The notes under the pieces were generated by a model. That model did no database searches. It had not been told where the DNA came from and saw only the letters and a list, made by a program, of their open reading frames with translations. DNA of 64,000 nt from Octopus sinensis. Taxonomy: Eukaryota. This document shows, in pieces, positions 38,026 to 53,234 of the stretch. The stretch's first letter is position 1; every line of letters begins with the position of its first letter. Where the stretch lies: contig NC_043007.1 in the NCBI RefSeq assembly GCF_006345805.1, forward strand, positions 60,450,001 through 60,514,000. Reading direction: 5' to 3'. Both the position numbers and the translations under genes were made by a program.

Positions 38026-41000
38026 CATACATACACACAAACACATTTTATATATATAATATATTGTATGTGTAGTATGTTATTGCAGATATGTAATTGA
38101 CAGCAAAATTTAAGGTAACAGCATAAAGAAATCAGCATTACAGATATCTTTTTGACTGAAATCCACATTACTTATTTCAGATTTATTCCTTAACCGTTAG
38201 CATAATTGCATTTCATCTCACAGTTTATTTTTGTACTCATTGATATGTTGGTAATTTGTGGAAGTCTAATCTTCTTATTCAAATAACAATGTATGGCTTA
38301 CGCTGTTATCTAACCTGCACAACCACTCACATTCTAACTGATCTCCAATCCATTCAAAGAATGAATCACCGAACTGCATCTATGCTTAAAACCCCAACCA
38401 ACATTGCGTATACCTTGTCAATATGAAACAGACATGCATTGGATGAACAGAATGTCAGTTATTCTTCAGAATATGCAAACATTTTTTTCTAAGGCAGCAA
38501 CACCCAGTGCAGTATTTCAGCACATGTCAAAATAATATATGAACACAAATTTAAACCAAGTATATAGATGCTGAAATCTCCCAGTTGCTGAGACACACTT
38601 TATTAGGGAAAAGAACTTCACTTTGAACTGCAGAGAATAATTTGACTTGTTGAAGTTCATATTTTGTATCTTTAAACAGTAAACACACACACACTCACTT
38701 ACTGACATACACACGCAATCCTGCATGTCCAAATTCCCAATTTACCAATGTGACAATGGGGACAAAAATAAACCTGTCTGATAAAGAATTATGAACCCAA
38801 AAGCAAATATGATTAAGCAATAAACGTTAATTCAGCAGCAAAGCTTCTAGTTAATAATAATTTGTAGTATTGTTTTGTTTTTTTTTCATTATCTTATTAG
38901 CATTCATACATAACTACACCAACTCTTCTCACAGTGTAAACATGATACTTGAGATACCTATGCATTTTACATACATATATAACTTGACTGAATGTGATTC
39001 TTATTTGGTATAGATATAACTTGATTTTAATCAGTGTCTGTCTTGACACTTTTTTTCTAAGAATCATGTCTGAAGACTGCCTATATCACCTAGAAAATAT
39101 TACTGGGAATAATATGAAACAGTACCATTTACTTCCCTTCTAATTTTGTTTAATTTCATCATCATGGTCATGATCTTAATGAGTCACCTTTGTTTGTTGA
39201 TTTTAGTTTGATTGTTCAAGAAACTGTTTCTTTCCAAAGTTTATTACCTTCTCTTTCAACTTTATTTAAAGTGTGACTTTACAAAATATAGCTGTTTTAT
39301 ATAATTGTTTGGTTTTAATGTGGCACTAATTTATAATGCAAAAGAAGGTTCTAAAATCTAAAACTTCTTTTGAGGTTTCTCTTATGTACAGTTTGTGTCT
39401 TTAATCATTAACAAATCTTATTTCATAACTAGGCCACTTTGCCCTGTCATATGTTCTTTCTAGTAAAAAAAAAAAAATACAAATAATAATTTCCTGCAAA
39501 ATGGTGCATTGTGTTTCACTGTATCAGAATGCCAGCATTACTGATAATTTTAAGATACCATTATGGACTTAAAAGTCACATATCAAAGAAATAGCCAGTC
39601 GTATTTGAAATTCAACTAGTTCTGTTCAGATTTTTCTGGCTTTTTTGCTGTAATTAGTTTCATCTATTTAGCCAGTTGCTGCTGTTATATTTATCTAGCT
39701 CCATATAATGCCTTTCTTACATCTATTCAAATCAATGGTAAATAAATTAATCATTTTATTTTTACAATATTTTTCTAATATTAGCTACAATTCCCAAATT
39801 ATAGAACAGAAAAGCTGTAACTAACTTTTCCCAAATTATAGGAGATTGCTATGTATTTCAGTAGACTTAATGGTTTCATTATTTGGACTGTATGCAGTCA
39901 CTCTCAGATGAGTCACTTTTTTTTTTTTTTTTTAGCATCTTATACATTTAGATATTTAAACATCTCTTAGATCCAATAACTGCCTATTAATATAAACTAG
40001 TATTTCTACCCAAACTAATTTTACTCAAAACGGGTATGGATTTAAGCTGTTAAAACCATGTTAAAAGGCTTGGTGCATGAGTGTTGGTATGTGTGTATGT
40101 ATGTGTGGGATAACTTAACTCTCAGGGTAATGTTTTTTGGGGTTTTGTTTTGGGGGTTGTTTGTTTGTTTTCAATATTATCTTCAGATAATATTAACTAG
40201 TAATTCAGATAAATTATGCTTTGGTCAAAACAAAATAGTGTAGTTATCTATGTCATTTGTTTTCACTTTCAACTACTATTTAACATAATGTTATGATCTG
40301 AACCTAATCTGTAAGCTATATCTGCAAAAAGCCATTTACACTAAATGGAAAGTTATTCTGAAGATATGTAAGAGATGTTGTTTTTCTCTTTACTTATATG
40401 TTTATTGAAAAGAAATACTATATTATTGAAATATTATTTCATTGTTGTTCAATTGATGTTTTATCTGAAGGCATAATTCACCTGTAACATATCCCTAAAA
40501 AAGAAGTGATTAATATTTATCCTAATTCATTACTTTAGGTGTTCTATGTAATGTTACTCTGCAAAGAAGATAGTTGAATCAATGATTTGTCTCAAATTAG
40601 TCATTTGCTGTGGACACAAACTGACAGTAGTATGGTACTGTTTTCCATATTTGCTAATTATATTAATAATTACCAATTGTTAATAATAAGTAATAGAAAT
40701 GTGAACTGACAACTTTCTTTTCTCTTTGTTTTGAATATAAATTTTATTTCATCTAATAAGCAAAACAATCTGTAGCTTATGTCAAATGTTCTCCTTCAAC
40801 GCAAATGGCATATTTTTTAAAAAAGATACCTAAGATTCTATCAACGTAAATTTCTTCATCTCAGTCTCCATAGAACTTTGACCATCATTTTGAGAGTAAA
40901 CCTGCATAATTCCTTACCTCTATGATAGATATGAAGCTATTAGGTCATATTTTCTACTTAAAAAAATACTGATCAAATGTTTTAAAACAGAATTTTTTAA

Positions 41001-42404
41001 AATTTTATTTGTATATCTTTTTCCTTGTCAGGAAAAACAAAACAACTTCAAATTTTAAAAAAATAGATTTAATATTTCTCCTCTCAAATTTATCCATTTT
41101 ACAAACTATATAAATCTTGTTTCAATAATAATAATTAAAATGAAACAAGATTGATATTCAGCTTAAATATTGGTATTTCCCCTCCCCTATTTGTTATTGC
41201 CACTCTGCTAGAATGACTGATTTTCTCACGTCACTCTTCAGGTTTGCATGAACTGATGAATCTGCTAAATTTCTTATTAAGTGCTCTCACTTAAGCATTT
41301 CAAATTTTATTTTATTTACTGAATGAATGAAACCTGCACTACACAAATATTCTTTCCACCCAATTTTGTTCTTGTCATCATTTATTTTTTGGTGTCATTA
41401 TTAATGTTAATAATTTTTTTTTCCTTTCTCCCAGTGCAAAATATTTTGAGGAAAAGCTAATATCACTTCACAATAAGTGTGGGGGTTGTTCATTCCACTG
41501 ATTTAATTTGTGTAAATATTTTAATAAAAATGTTATGTGGATTCTGCACAATGGTTACTACATACATACACCACATACTACACATGTCCTCTTTGTAATA
41601 ATCACTTCCAGATTGTAGCTGTGGCTTTTGGCTGGGTATAAGTCATTACAAATGTTAAAGTTGCACATATCACAAAATGTATGTTTCTGGAACTCTCACT
41701 GTTTGCTAGCCCAGCTAATAGAAGAAACTATATTGTTTTTATATAATTGCACCACATCTTTAAAACATTTGATCTTAGAATCTTCTTGGATTCTGAAAAA
41801 AAAATGCCTAAACCCGGTAACCTGTGAAAATTCTGATCAGTTTTTTTCAAAAGGTCATCTTATATCCATGCAACTACTTAATCTAGTTTATTAGCCTTTC
41901 TAAAAATATCAAGAAATTACTTTTTATTTTTTTTATCAAAAATTCAAGGGAAAATAAAACAGATTTAGAAATTGAAGAGAAAAACATATACACTTTGTTT
42001 CTATATCTTCAATACAAAACTTTTATTTTCCTCCTTGGCCATCCAGAATGGGCAATTGTTTAAATTATTTGAGAAAATGCAGCTATGTTTCTGAAAACAA
42101 TGAAAGTTTTGTCTTACCATTACATTTGCATTTCCTTCCAAACCAAAATGTTTTCAGTAATAAAATGTTGATTTGTAGAATTTTGCCTGTCAACACTAGC
42201 TCAGTATTGTCATAAAACAGCTGCTACTACTACAAGTTCCTTATGCAAATTGTCTTGCTTGCATCATCATAATTTGTATTGTTCTTTTATAATTATTGTT
42301 AGATTGTTGAACTCTTTAAATAGTGAACTTGTAACAAATGTCAAAACCTTAACAAAAAGCGCTTTACTATATTTCTGGTTGACATTAATCTATGTGTATG
42401 TATG

Positions 42405-42490
<86 letters not shown>

Positions 42491-42725
42491 ATTGTGTAGT
42501 GAAATAGTATTTGTGTACAAAACATAGTAACTAAAGAGGTGGAAGTGTAATCTTTTCAATCCTCTTAAACTTTTGAGATAAAAACTAACAGCAATTATTT
42601 TCTTGCATCAACATTAAAAATAAAGAAAAATACACTTCATTATTTTTAATTGAAGTGTGAGAAACTGTAATCTCATGCTTTTGCATGCCAGTTCCACATT
42701 TGAGTTGTTTGGCTTAAACATTAAT

Positions 42726-42772
<47 letters not shown>

Positions 42773-43536
42773 GTATGTATATATATATATTGCATAACTA
42801 TCTGCAATGCATGCTCTTTGAGAAGAAACACAGCCTTAATGGTTACAGTATCAGCATGCTAAGATTGTAAAATATAGATAGAAAAGGATAGTTTCATAGT
42901 TAAATTAAGTTGGTCACTTGTCATTATTATTATTATGGTAGCTGTGTATCCATGACAGAATCCATAATTTTTATTTAACTCTTCATTATATAGAAGAGTT
43001 GTAGGGTTCTAACTGCCTTCATTTTAATCATATTTAAATCCTTTTATTAAGAGGCTTGCATCATTCTTTATCTCTTTTTAAAAATATGGAACTTAAATTT
43101 CCAGATTTGCTTCCTTGATATAGAAATGAAATTCTAATTACTTTAAAATCTAGTTAACATATTTAAATTAGGAGTCATTGACCAATATAGAAAATGGTTA
43201 GGTTTGTTCTTTCTTTAAAATAGTTATTTAAAAATATTTTAACACATTTTGTTCTTTAAAACAAAAATGAGAAAAAAAAACATTGTGCATTAGGATAAGA
43301 TATCTAATACTACATATTTTCCCCTAGGGACAGCAGCAGCAAATGCATGCATACCCCGGATGACAAGGGTTTAAATCTTATTTTACTGAACGAGGTACCA
43401 TGCAGTTTCCCCTTCTTTCTTTTAAACAACTATCAAAAATTAAGCTGATGACAAAGTTTGGGACTACTAGCAGTCTAGGGCAGTATTTTGTATTTATCAG
43501 AATAATTGCTGTTGTAAATGTACATGCATATGCATT

Positions 43537-43568
<32 letters not shown>

Positions 43569-43921
43569 TCTATAAATGTATATATATATATATATCTATA
43601 AATGTGTATATATATAGATATATATAAAATTGTGTGTGTGTATATATGTATACATATAAAATATGCACACTTTATATATATGTATATATATATACACACA
43701 CATGCTCACAACACATGTATATATATATATATTACATACACACATTCACACACTTATTCTCACAACACGTGTATATATATAATATATGTGTGTGTGTGTA
43801 TGTATATAAATATATATATAAAAATGTGTGTATATATGTATACATATTTAATATGCACACTTTATATGTATGTATATATATATACACACACACACACATA
43901 CTCACAACACGTGTATATACG

Positions 43922-43970
<49 letters not shown>

Positions 43971-43994
43971 TTCACACACTTATTCTCACAACAC

Positions 43995-44060
<66 letters not shown>

Positions 44061-46594
44061 TTGTGTGTGTATATATATATATATATCCTTTCATGTAATG
44101 GTTCACAAAGATTTCACTGGAATGAACTCACTTGACTTTTTTTATTTGTTTTTATGGGGAGTGATGTATAAAAGCTGAATGAAAAATATCAATATTTCTA
44201 GGCATATTTTGATCTATCTGAGTATTTGAATACTCAGCCAAAATGATGTCTAGGTCAGCATATCAGATACTTTGGCAACAACTCTCTTTCTCTTAGAGAT
44301 ATTTTTGGCCACCGTTTGAGGAGTAACTATGGACTACATCTGTCTACTACCACCCAGGCTCTGGTCATTTAAGTTGTTCAGTCATATTCCTTTACCAAAA
44401 AGAAAGAAAAAAAATGAAAAACCGGAAATCAACTATTTGACTATATTTATTTTATACAAATGAAATAAGATTTAAATGAAGAAAAACTGCTTATAATTAC
44501 TTGACAAAAAAACTTGAGATGTGAGGCTACTACAGATGCCAAAAAGTTGGAGTTTGTTACTCTTCCAAAGATTATTAGCATTGAAAAAAAGAAAAAAAGA
44601 GAAAACAAATGTTGGCAAAACAATTTCAAGAGATAATCCCCCTTACCCCCTGAAAAAAAATTAATTTCAATTTTTTTTTTAATTGTTCCTGAAAAAAATT
44701 TCAACTTCTTATTTTGCTATTGAGATATGAAATGCCGTGATTAGGATTCCAAGACATTGGATATCTAATTGTGATTTATCAAAGGATATTTGCCTCTTTG
44801 TGTAAAGAAACACTGATTTATTATTGTTAAAAAAAAAAACTTTGTAAATATGTCATTTAGCCATAGTACTTTGGAACCAATTGAAAATACTCATAAACCA
44901 CAAAACCTTATATTAGACTCAGCTTTTCTTGATGGTTTTTGACAGTTATTTTATTTAATATTTATAAATATAACAAAAATTACTAACAAAAACTTCCCTC
45001 AGTTTTGAACTCTCTCTCTCTCTCTTTCTCTGTCTGTCTTTCTGTCTCTCTTTCTCCTGTCTCTCTGACTCTCTTTCCCTCTCTTGATTGGTGCTTTACA
45101 GCAGCTTATCCATTAGCTTTGTAAACCGATCATCTTTGTAAACATTTTTCTTTAAGCTTGCCAATCTATGGCCACTTTAAATCTGTAGAGAATAAATCTA
45201 CTAGAACTGCAAGTTGAATTCAAGTATAGATTTTTACAGTCTAATAAATTTGCACACATGCATACACACACACATGTACACATACAATCAGTCATGAAAA
45301 AATGCACATGAACAGATTCATAAATTTTTTTAAATAACAGTATTTATTGAATGCTGTTGGAATTATATTAGTCTTAAGACTAGTTTAAAAATTGCAGCTG
45401 GGTAATGAAATTTTACTTTAAAAAAAATATATACATATTGACTTAGAATTTTGCATGCATCTTTCTTGGTGTGTTTTTTTTTCATTAATTTTTTTTTAAT
45501 TAATTTTCTAATTTTTTCTACCCAATTAAAATTTCTCCTTTTTCCTCTTTTTTTTAATCAAAGAGAACCTGGGTGTCACTTGCTAATACATTTTAGCTCT
45601 GATGTATATTGCATCGAATATGTTACATTTGCTGTTGAAATATTACCAGCAGCATCTGTTGATGTAAAATTGCTATTGTGTTCGTAGAATTGGATTCAGG
45701 CTGTCTGTTGAAATTATTAGTTTGTGTGCATTGAGCTGTACATTTTATGATCAGCTCTTTATTATTACAAATAACTATTATTACTATTATTACAAAAATA
45801 ATTATTTCAATTATAATGATTATTACTACTACCACTACTACTCCTACTACATTATTACATTATTTAAACTGTTGAACCCTAGGTCCTAAATGAAATAAAG
45901 ACACCTTTTTATAATATGGATTTTTTTATTTAATTTTTTAAAAATACATGTAGTAATGACAATTTCTTTCAGGATTCTGAATTAATCTCAAGAAAATTCA
46001 TTGGTTACAGACAGGGTTCTGAAGAAAAGTATTGAATTTTGTAAGATTCTCGAAGTTGAGTATGAAGAAATCTATCGTATCTTTTCTTTTAGGGTGCACA
46101 AAAACAGAGTAAGTTAAACTATGGAATCACATTCTATTTGCTGACATTCTAATTCATTGTCACATCCTTGACACAAATAATTATAAATACCACATATTTT
46201 ACAGTCTGACTCGTGTGTAGTTACAGTTTAATATTATATAAATTTACTTAAGAGACATCCTGTTTTTCCTTATTAGGAGTGACATATAAGATAGCCAAAT
46301 GGGTAAGGTATGGTATATACTATTGGCAATCATTTCTTAAGTATATGTTACAAAAGTATCTGATTCTGTCAAGTGGTACTATTGGCGCTTGAATATCAAC
46401 TTTCTACTCCACTGTAGGTATTTCACAAAAACCAATTGCTCTTTACAATGCTTCATTTCTATCTTTATGTAGTTAATTAATAACAGATCTTTCTGAAAAA
46501 GATTGTGCTTTGTGGTGCAGGAGCAAGCCAATCCATATAAGATGTACATCTGCTGAATATTTGCACATCCAGAATTAAGCAGCATATAATTAGT

Positions 46595-47200
46595 TTTTCA
46601 TCATCCTTGCACATGTCCAGTCCTTGCTGGACGAATGCCTCAATATGTTCTCTCCACCAACCAGTCTGATGTTTTCCTCATCCATGTTTGGGTGCTAAAG
46701 AATTTAACAAAGTTTTCATTCCAACTTCTGCATGGTCTTCCCCTCCTTTTCTCTGGATGTGGTATCCACTCTGTCAGTTTGGTATTCCATCAATTGTCCT
46801 TTCTTCTGAACATATGTCCTGTGATAGACCATTTCAGAGTTTTTATTTTCTAGATAATATCCATTAAACCTGTTGCCACTCTTATCCTGTTGTTTCTCCA
46901 CTTATCCATTTTGCTAATCTTTAGCATTCTCCTTTCCATAACTCTTTGTGTTGCTCTTACTTTATTTTTAAAGCTCTTGTTAGTAGTCCATGTTTCTGAT
47001 GCATATGTAATGGTAGGCAGTACACACTGGTTGAAGACTTTTCTTTTTAAACACATGGACAACTAACTTACACTTCATGATGTAATTCAATTTACCAAAG
47101 GCTACCCATCCTAATGGCATTCCTCATTCAATTTCTTTGGTCTGATTTTTAGCCTTTAAGCATATTATTTGTTCAAGATAGGTGTATTGGTTTACATGTG
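46595..47200 (-). mobile_element. RTE-clade LINE 3' fragment (RT C-terminus, decayed)
   Basis: Minus translation LGWVAFGKL...LKRKVFNQCVLPTITYASETW...ERRMLKIS..DKWRNNRIR, ending near a gatgatga tail. Boundaries approximate. Confidence 0.8.
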
Positions 47201-49465
47201 ATTAATTAAAAAATACTTAACTTGAATTAGTTGTTGTACCTGAAAAAAAAGTTAAGATTTATAAGTTGAACATATTTCAATTTATTTATAGCCTAAAGCA
47301 TTTTGGTATGTTTGAGTCACCTTTTTTTACTTATAATTCTTACAATCTCTATGTCAGCCATCTTAATATTGTTGTGCAGCACCATAGCACAGAGTGCAAC
47401 CTATGAGTTCAGCACTTTTGGTGTGCTATGTTTGAGTATATTGTAATGTGACCTGGCCAGGTCTGGTTTGATAACCTCTCTCTATTGATACAACATAATG
47501 AAGCAGTTGAATGTGGATGAAGCAGTGGGTAATTTGGGTATGCTGTGTTTTTAAACACTTATTTGAGCTTATTATTGAAGATTTATTGAAAACAGTAAAG
47601 ATGAACAAGAAAAGTGCTGTGTTTTGGTATAAATTCCTTGAAATTTATCACTTGTAACCATGTAACCTGGTATAGGATTTAGGTATATTGCAGCAATTAA
47701 CATTGCATATATTTTGCTTCGTTGGTTGTCCAGATTAGGTATCATTCTACTATAATATTGTAAAGTTTGTACCAGTGGAGTAGATTACTGAGTTGAACTG
47801 TATTCTTTACATTATCTCATCTTTCACATTAATATGTTTCACTGAGGCAGTGGAGCGGCACAAACGGTAACACACCATATTAAATGCCTTTTATATTTAA
47901 ATTCCTGTCTCTCCATTCTGAGTTCAAATCATTTCATGGTCATCAAAGCCATTCATATTTCGTCCAGTCAAATAAAAGTCAAATAATGGTGTTAATGTGA
48001 GGTCTTACACTTATGTAAATAATCTACCCTCTGAATTCTAATTGGTAATTCAGAAGCTACTGCACAAGTAACCTAACTAGTTGATGTTTTCTTGAATCAG
48101 ACATATTTTTCTGAACAATAATATCAAAAGTGTCTTGTTAAAATAATATGTTCATTTTAGATGACTTGTGACATGACTCTTGTCATGGTTTACAAGGGAG
48201 GCAACCACTTTGACTGAAGCCAAGATTTCACAGAAAAGTATTCAGAGATGATAATATTATTGATTATATTACATGTAAAAACATTTATAGATTAGTTTAT
48301 TGAAATGAATGATCTTTGAAGATTTTTCCATCTACTGATGTCTGGTTAAGAGTTCTGGAATGTCAACTAAAGAAACATGTCAAAAGATAATGCTTCTCAC
48401 TATCTCTACTTTCAAAATTAATAGCATCAGTTTAAACTAGAAAATTACTCAACAGAATATCAGTCTTATTATCACAAGGTACAGATGGTTATGTGGTAGA
48501 CATTCTAGATGACTGTTTATAGCAAAACTTTGAAGGCTTCTCTCAAATTGATGGCACCATGTCAAAAAAACATGAATTTAAAAACAAACAAAAGAACTAC
48601 TTATTCCATCCTGCAGATGAGTGAAAGTGATTGAGCATTATTTAATGTATTAAAATATTGATACTGAAATTAACTGTAAAATTTCTCAAGTTAATATAGT
48701 TTGAGCCTGAGGTAGTGAAATAAAACAAAAGATCACTGATGACCAAAACATATGAAATATAAAAGTGACTTCCATAACGTATTAGGTCATAACAGTACAG
48801 CTGAACACTTAGTTCTTATTGAGTAACCAGGACTAAGGTTAGTAGAATCCATCCTTCTCCAGGTTTTACACTTGGGCTTAAATTTTGTGCTGAAAATTAA
48901 CAAAATACTTATTGTTTTTAGTGTTGCTTCTAGCTACCTGATATGTTGTTTCTACTTCTAATTTGCTTTGCTAATTTACATCACAGCAAAGTCTTTGCTA
49001 TGAAACCAATGAAGTATTGGTGATAGGAAATGAACTGAACATGTCCTGGCTGATTATCTTGTGCCAATCATAGGTATAATACAATAGAATATGCAGACTC
49101 TGACACCACATCCAACACATGTTCTTGCTTACACCTAATATACTAATCCACATTCATTCATTCACACTGTATATCTGGGAAAGCTATGTAGGCAATTAAT
49201 TAATGATGATCCTTTCTAGTGATGTTTCAATACACACCTACACAGTATACAAATTAACAGTAATGATAGCTAATTTTGACCTAACATTCAACCAATCCTT
49301 CTTTGCAATAAATATACATATTGTCAACCATAAATCAATAAACAGTTAATGCTACCGACAACTTCAAACTGGTTAATATAATCTCTAGTAATTGAATCAA
49401 GCATAAGTGAGACTGAAGCCTAACAATTTACTCAATTCTTCCAATACAGAAATATATACATACAT

Positions 49466-49690
49466 CTTTTGACTTTTATTTGTTTCAGTCATTAGATTGT
49501 GGCTATGTTGGGACCCCGCCTTGAAGAACTTTTAGTCAAACGAATCAACTCCAGTACATTTTTTTTTCAAAGAGCCTCATTCTATCATACTCTTTTGACA
49601 AACTGCTAAGTTATGAGGACATAAACACACCAACATCAGTTGTCAAGCAGCAGTGGAGCCAAAGAAAAAACAAAGACACACACACAGATA
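49466..49690 (+). mobile_element. Interspersed repeat (third SINE-like family) ending in (CA)n
   Basis: ttgtttcagtcattagattgtggc...ctaagttatgaggacataaacacacc...; related pieces at about 63061 and 63800-63930. Confidence 0.5.
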
Positions 49691-49766
49691 TGTATATATA
49701 CGGTTTGCCAAAAGTCACATGACAGTAAATCAAAATTCCATAAATACTATCTGTAATTTTGTATTA

Positions 49767-51050
49767 TCACGTCATCCCATAAGTTCTGTCCGAATTTTGA
49801 ATAAAGAAAACAAGTGATCAAATGTTATATTTAATTGAAATTTAATCATCAATGTACTTTCCCTGATTAACTATGACTTCCTTCCATCTATTTACAAGCT
49901 TTTTAATCCCATCAATGTAAAACTCTTTTGGTTTCAAAGCGAAGAACTCTAAAATGTCAGTTTCGACCTCCTCCTGGCTTGTGGAAGCTATGTCCCCCAA
50001 ATGACTCTGTAAACTATGAAACAAATGGTAGTCTGAAGGAGCAAGGTTGGGAGAATAAGGTGGATGAGGAATTTTTTCCCAACCAAGCTCTTCGATCTTC
50101 TGTGATGCAATCTTTGCAGTGTGGGGTCGCGCATTGTCCTGATGAAACATCATTCCTTTTCGATTAACTAAAGCAAGTCTTTTTTTCTTCAAAGCTTGGT
50201 TCAAATGCTCTAATTGCTGACAGTAGACTTGAGCATTGATTGTTGCATTAGGTGGTAACAATTCAAAGTGAATTACTCCTTTGCAATTCCACCAGATAAA
50301 AGAAACTTTTTCCCATGAAGTTCCCTTCTTGGTTGTGGTTGAGCTTTTTCCTTTTTACCAAGCCACTGTTTATGATGTTTAACATTTTGATAGAAGATCC
50401 ATTTTTCCTCACCAGTCACAAGTCTATCCAGAATGGATGAAATGAGTTCACAGGAATGGAGTGAAGAGCAGATGTCAACTCAGGATTTGCGGTTGCTTTC
50501 GGACAATTCATGAGGCACCCATTTTCCAAGGTTAGGAAACTTTGCAAGTTGTTGAAGATGACAATGAACAGTTGTATGGTTTGAACTAAGCTTTATTACC
50601 AATTCTTCAACTGGTAATGCAGATTTTTCTTCAAGTAATGCCTCAAGGAGCTTATCATCAAACTCAACTGGACATCCTGTTCAATCTTCATCGTCAAGGC
50701 TGAAATCTCCACTTTTGAATTTTGCAAACCATCTTCTGCAAGTTCTTTCATTCAAGCATTCTTTCCCATAAACTGAGAGTATGTTTTGAGTCACTTCAAC
50801 TGCAGAGTTTCCTTTTTTGTTCTCATAAAGCATTATGTGCCTCAAATGCTCTTTGGACACTTCCATGTTATAAAGGGTTTTAATCAAAGAAATTTTAATT
50901 CTATCATTCTGTAAAATAATATTTAATTAGTTTAAATGTACGCAAATGCATAAGTATAATTTTTAATTCAATTAGACATTCTAAAATACTATTAAATTTC
51001 ATTCAATTTTAAAAAAGGTAAAATTGGGCAGAACTTATGGGATGACCTGA
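49767..51050 (-). mobile_element. Full-length mariner (DD34D) element, 1284 bp, inactive
   Basis: TA|TCACGTCATCCCATAAGTTCTGTCCGAATTTT ... AAAATTGGGCAGAACTTATGGGATGACCTGA|TA terminal inverted repeats with TA flanks. Confidence 0.93.
49842..50866 (-). pseudogene. Mariner transposase pseudogene
   Basis: MEVSKEHLRHIMLYE...RRWFAKFKSGDFSL, GKWVPHE, HQDNARPH, YSPNLAPSDYHLF, ...GKYIDD*; broken into several ORFs. Confidence 0.9.
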
Positions 51051-51801
51051 TAAATGGAAAAATGTGTCACTCAAGACGGACTTCAGTTTGAACAATTTTC
51101 ATGATGTTTCATGTTTAGATGATTTTATTAAATTCATTCAGTTGTTAAACATAAATAAATCTTGGAATTTCATTTACTGTCAGACAGCTTTTAGCCAACC
51201 TTGCATATATATATATATAGGGATCAAAACAGTTTGACAAAAGCTCCTTGGTACTCAGAGTTTCCGGCTTGATGCTAAATTTCAGCCATGGGAGTTTAAA
51301 AGCTTAGCATCACACTTGAAACTCAAAGAGTTGGAATCAAACTATTTTAATCCATACTGGCAAGCAAAATTCTTACCACATAGCATGCCTATATATATAT
51401 GTGTGTGTGTGTTTTAATCATAGTAATTATAATTAAATTTATGCATTGTCATTCTCATCAGTGTGAAGAATCTTTTGAAGAACATCAAGAAAGTATAATA
51501 AGATGAAATAGAATAAAATAAAACAAAAATAAAAACAAAATAAGATACAATAAGAGAACACATATGGGGCAGTAAGGGAAAATCGGATAATTTACAAACC
51601 AAGTTGTGAAAGGGAAAAATAATGATAACAATAATAATAGTGAGAAAGACGAAAAAAATACTATGATTAGAACTTTTTTCTTACACATTTGCATTGTTTT
51701 TCGAAACGTACATATGCATTAAATCTAGTTTTGTAATAAATCTATTTCTGATTCAACATTTTTCTCCATGCACGCACGCACACATCTAATATACACACAT
51801 A

Positions 51802-52070
51802 CCGTTTTTTTGTTGTAGATGTCTGTTGTGATGATGGAGTTGTGTATCTTGAAGTTGATGTCTAGGAAGGGAAGTTCATTGTAGTTGGTATCTATTGTGA
51901 AGTTGATAGATGGGTGCAGTGTGTTGGGGATGTTATGGAATGTTCATAGATCTTCTGATCTGTTCCAAAAGTTGAAACAGTCATCGCGGTAGCGTTTCCA
52001 CTTTTTCTTAATGTCTACTCTAAAGTCGTGTTCGAAGACTCCCTATTTCATCATATAGTTTATTCTCAAG
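51802..52070 (-). mobile_element. Penelope-like element RT fragment (inverted 5' part)
   Basis: Minus translation WKRYRDDCFNFW...LHPSINFT...ELPFLDI...TTDIYNKK (decayed YxDD palm). Confidence 0.85.
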
Positions 52071-52910
52071 GAAAAACCGACACACACCAATACTTAAATT
52101 TTTACTCCTGCCACCCATCCCACATAAAAAAGAAACATCCCATATAGTATGGCAAGACGCATAGTGACTGACTCACAAACACACCAAATAAAACTAAATG
52201 AACTAAAAAACTTCCTACTAGAACAGAAATCCCCTCTCAAATTAATAAAAAACGGAATCTCAAGAGCAATGAAACTGGACATCACACAACTCAGAACTCA
52301 AAAAAAGAAAAACAAAGAAAACATCATCCCTTTCATAAACACACAACCCTGGAGTTAGCAACATGTTTCAAATTATACATTCAAACTTACCAATAGTCCT
52401 ACAAAGCCCCAAAATGGGAAACATATTAAACAAATATTGCATAAATAACAGTAAACACCAAGAGAAAAACCTGAAGAAATAACTAACAAGGGCAAAATTC
52501 TCATCAGAGAATAAAACCGAATTCTTTGTATAAGAGTGGGGAGATGGTAGATGTGGGATCTGCAGTAACCCCATCGACAAATATATAGAGGGAAACAAAC
52601 AAACAAAATTTAAGAGTGGTCACACATTCAAAGTAAATGCAGACACGAATGCAAGACACAGAACATAATATATTGCATAACCTGTCCCACATGCAAGGGG
52701 GATTATATAGGCGAAACTGGATATTCTTTATGCCAATGAGCCAGAATTCACCGACATGTCCGACAGGAGGAACTGTAAAAGATTCCACTGAGTAAACACT
52801 TAGAAATATGTGGAGAAGGAAAATTTAAGAGCTTTCCCTTCTATAAATGCCCAGGAAAAATATGGAACAATACTTCATAACAAAGTTCTCCCCCAAACTG
52901 AATGGCTGAA
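52071..52910 (+). mobile_element. Penelope-like element thumb, linker and GIY-YIG endonuclease fragment
   Basis: Plus translation TDTHQYLNFYSCHPSHIK..NIPYSMARRI...GRCGIC...NIIYCITCPTCKGDYIGETG...EQYFITKFSPKLN, with frameshifts. Confidence 0.85.
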
Positions 52911-53159
52911 AATATGAAAAGCACAGCAACTTGCCTATAGACCTATCTAGAACTATTAGCTTTGTCTGTATAATAATGTCCTCACAATGTATAAGAAATT
53001 GTATGCATATGTTTCATCAAACTCCACAAGACACTTTCCCTTGTACATTATTACCCATCCTAATATCTTCATTTTTGTAAAGAATTGTTCCTTATCTTCA
53101 TTCCTCTTGAAATATATATATATATATATATATTTTGTGTGTGTATATATATATATATT

Positions 53160-53190
<31 letters not shown>

Positions 53191-53197
53191 TTGTGTG

Positions 53198-53234
<37 letters not shown>

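Noticed and set aside
32000-46500. Additional host genes or a further PMCA last exon downstream of E3
   Set aside because: No spliceable coding exon or (L/I)RVV.AF-like start found by eye; only microsatellites and decayed repeats. Small exons could have been missed.
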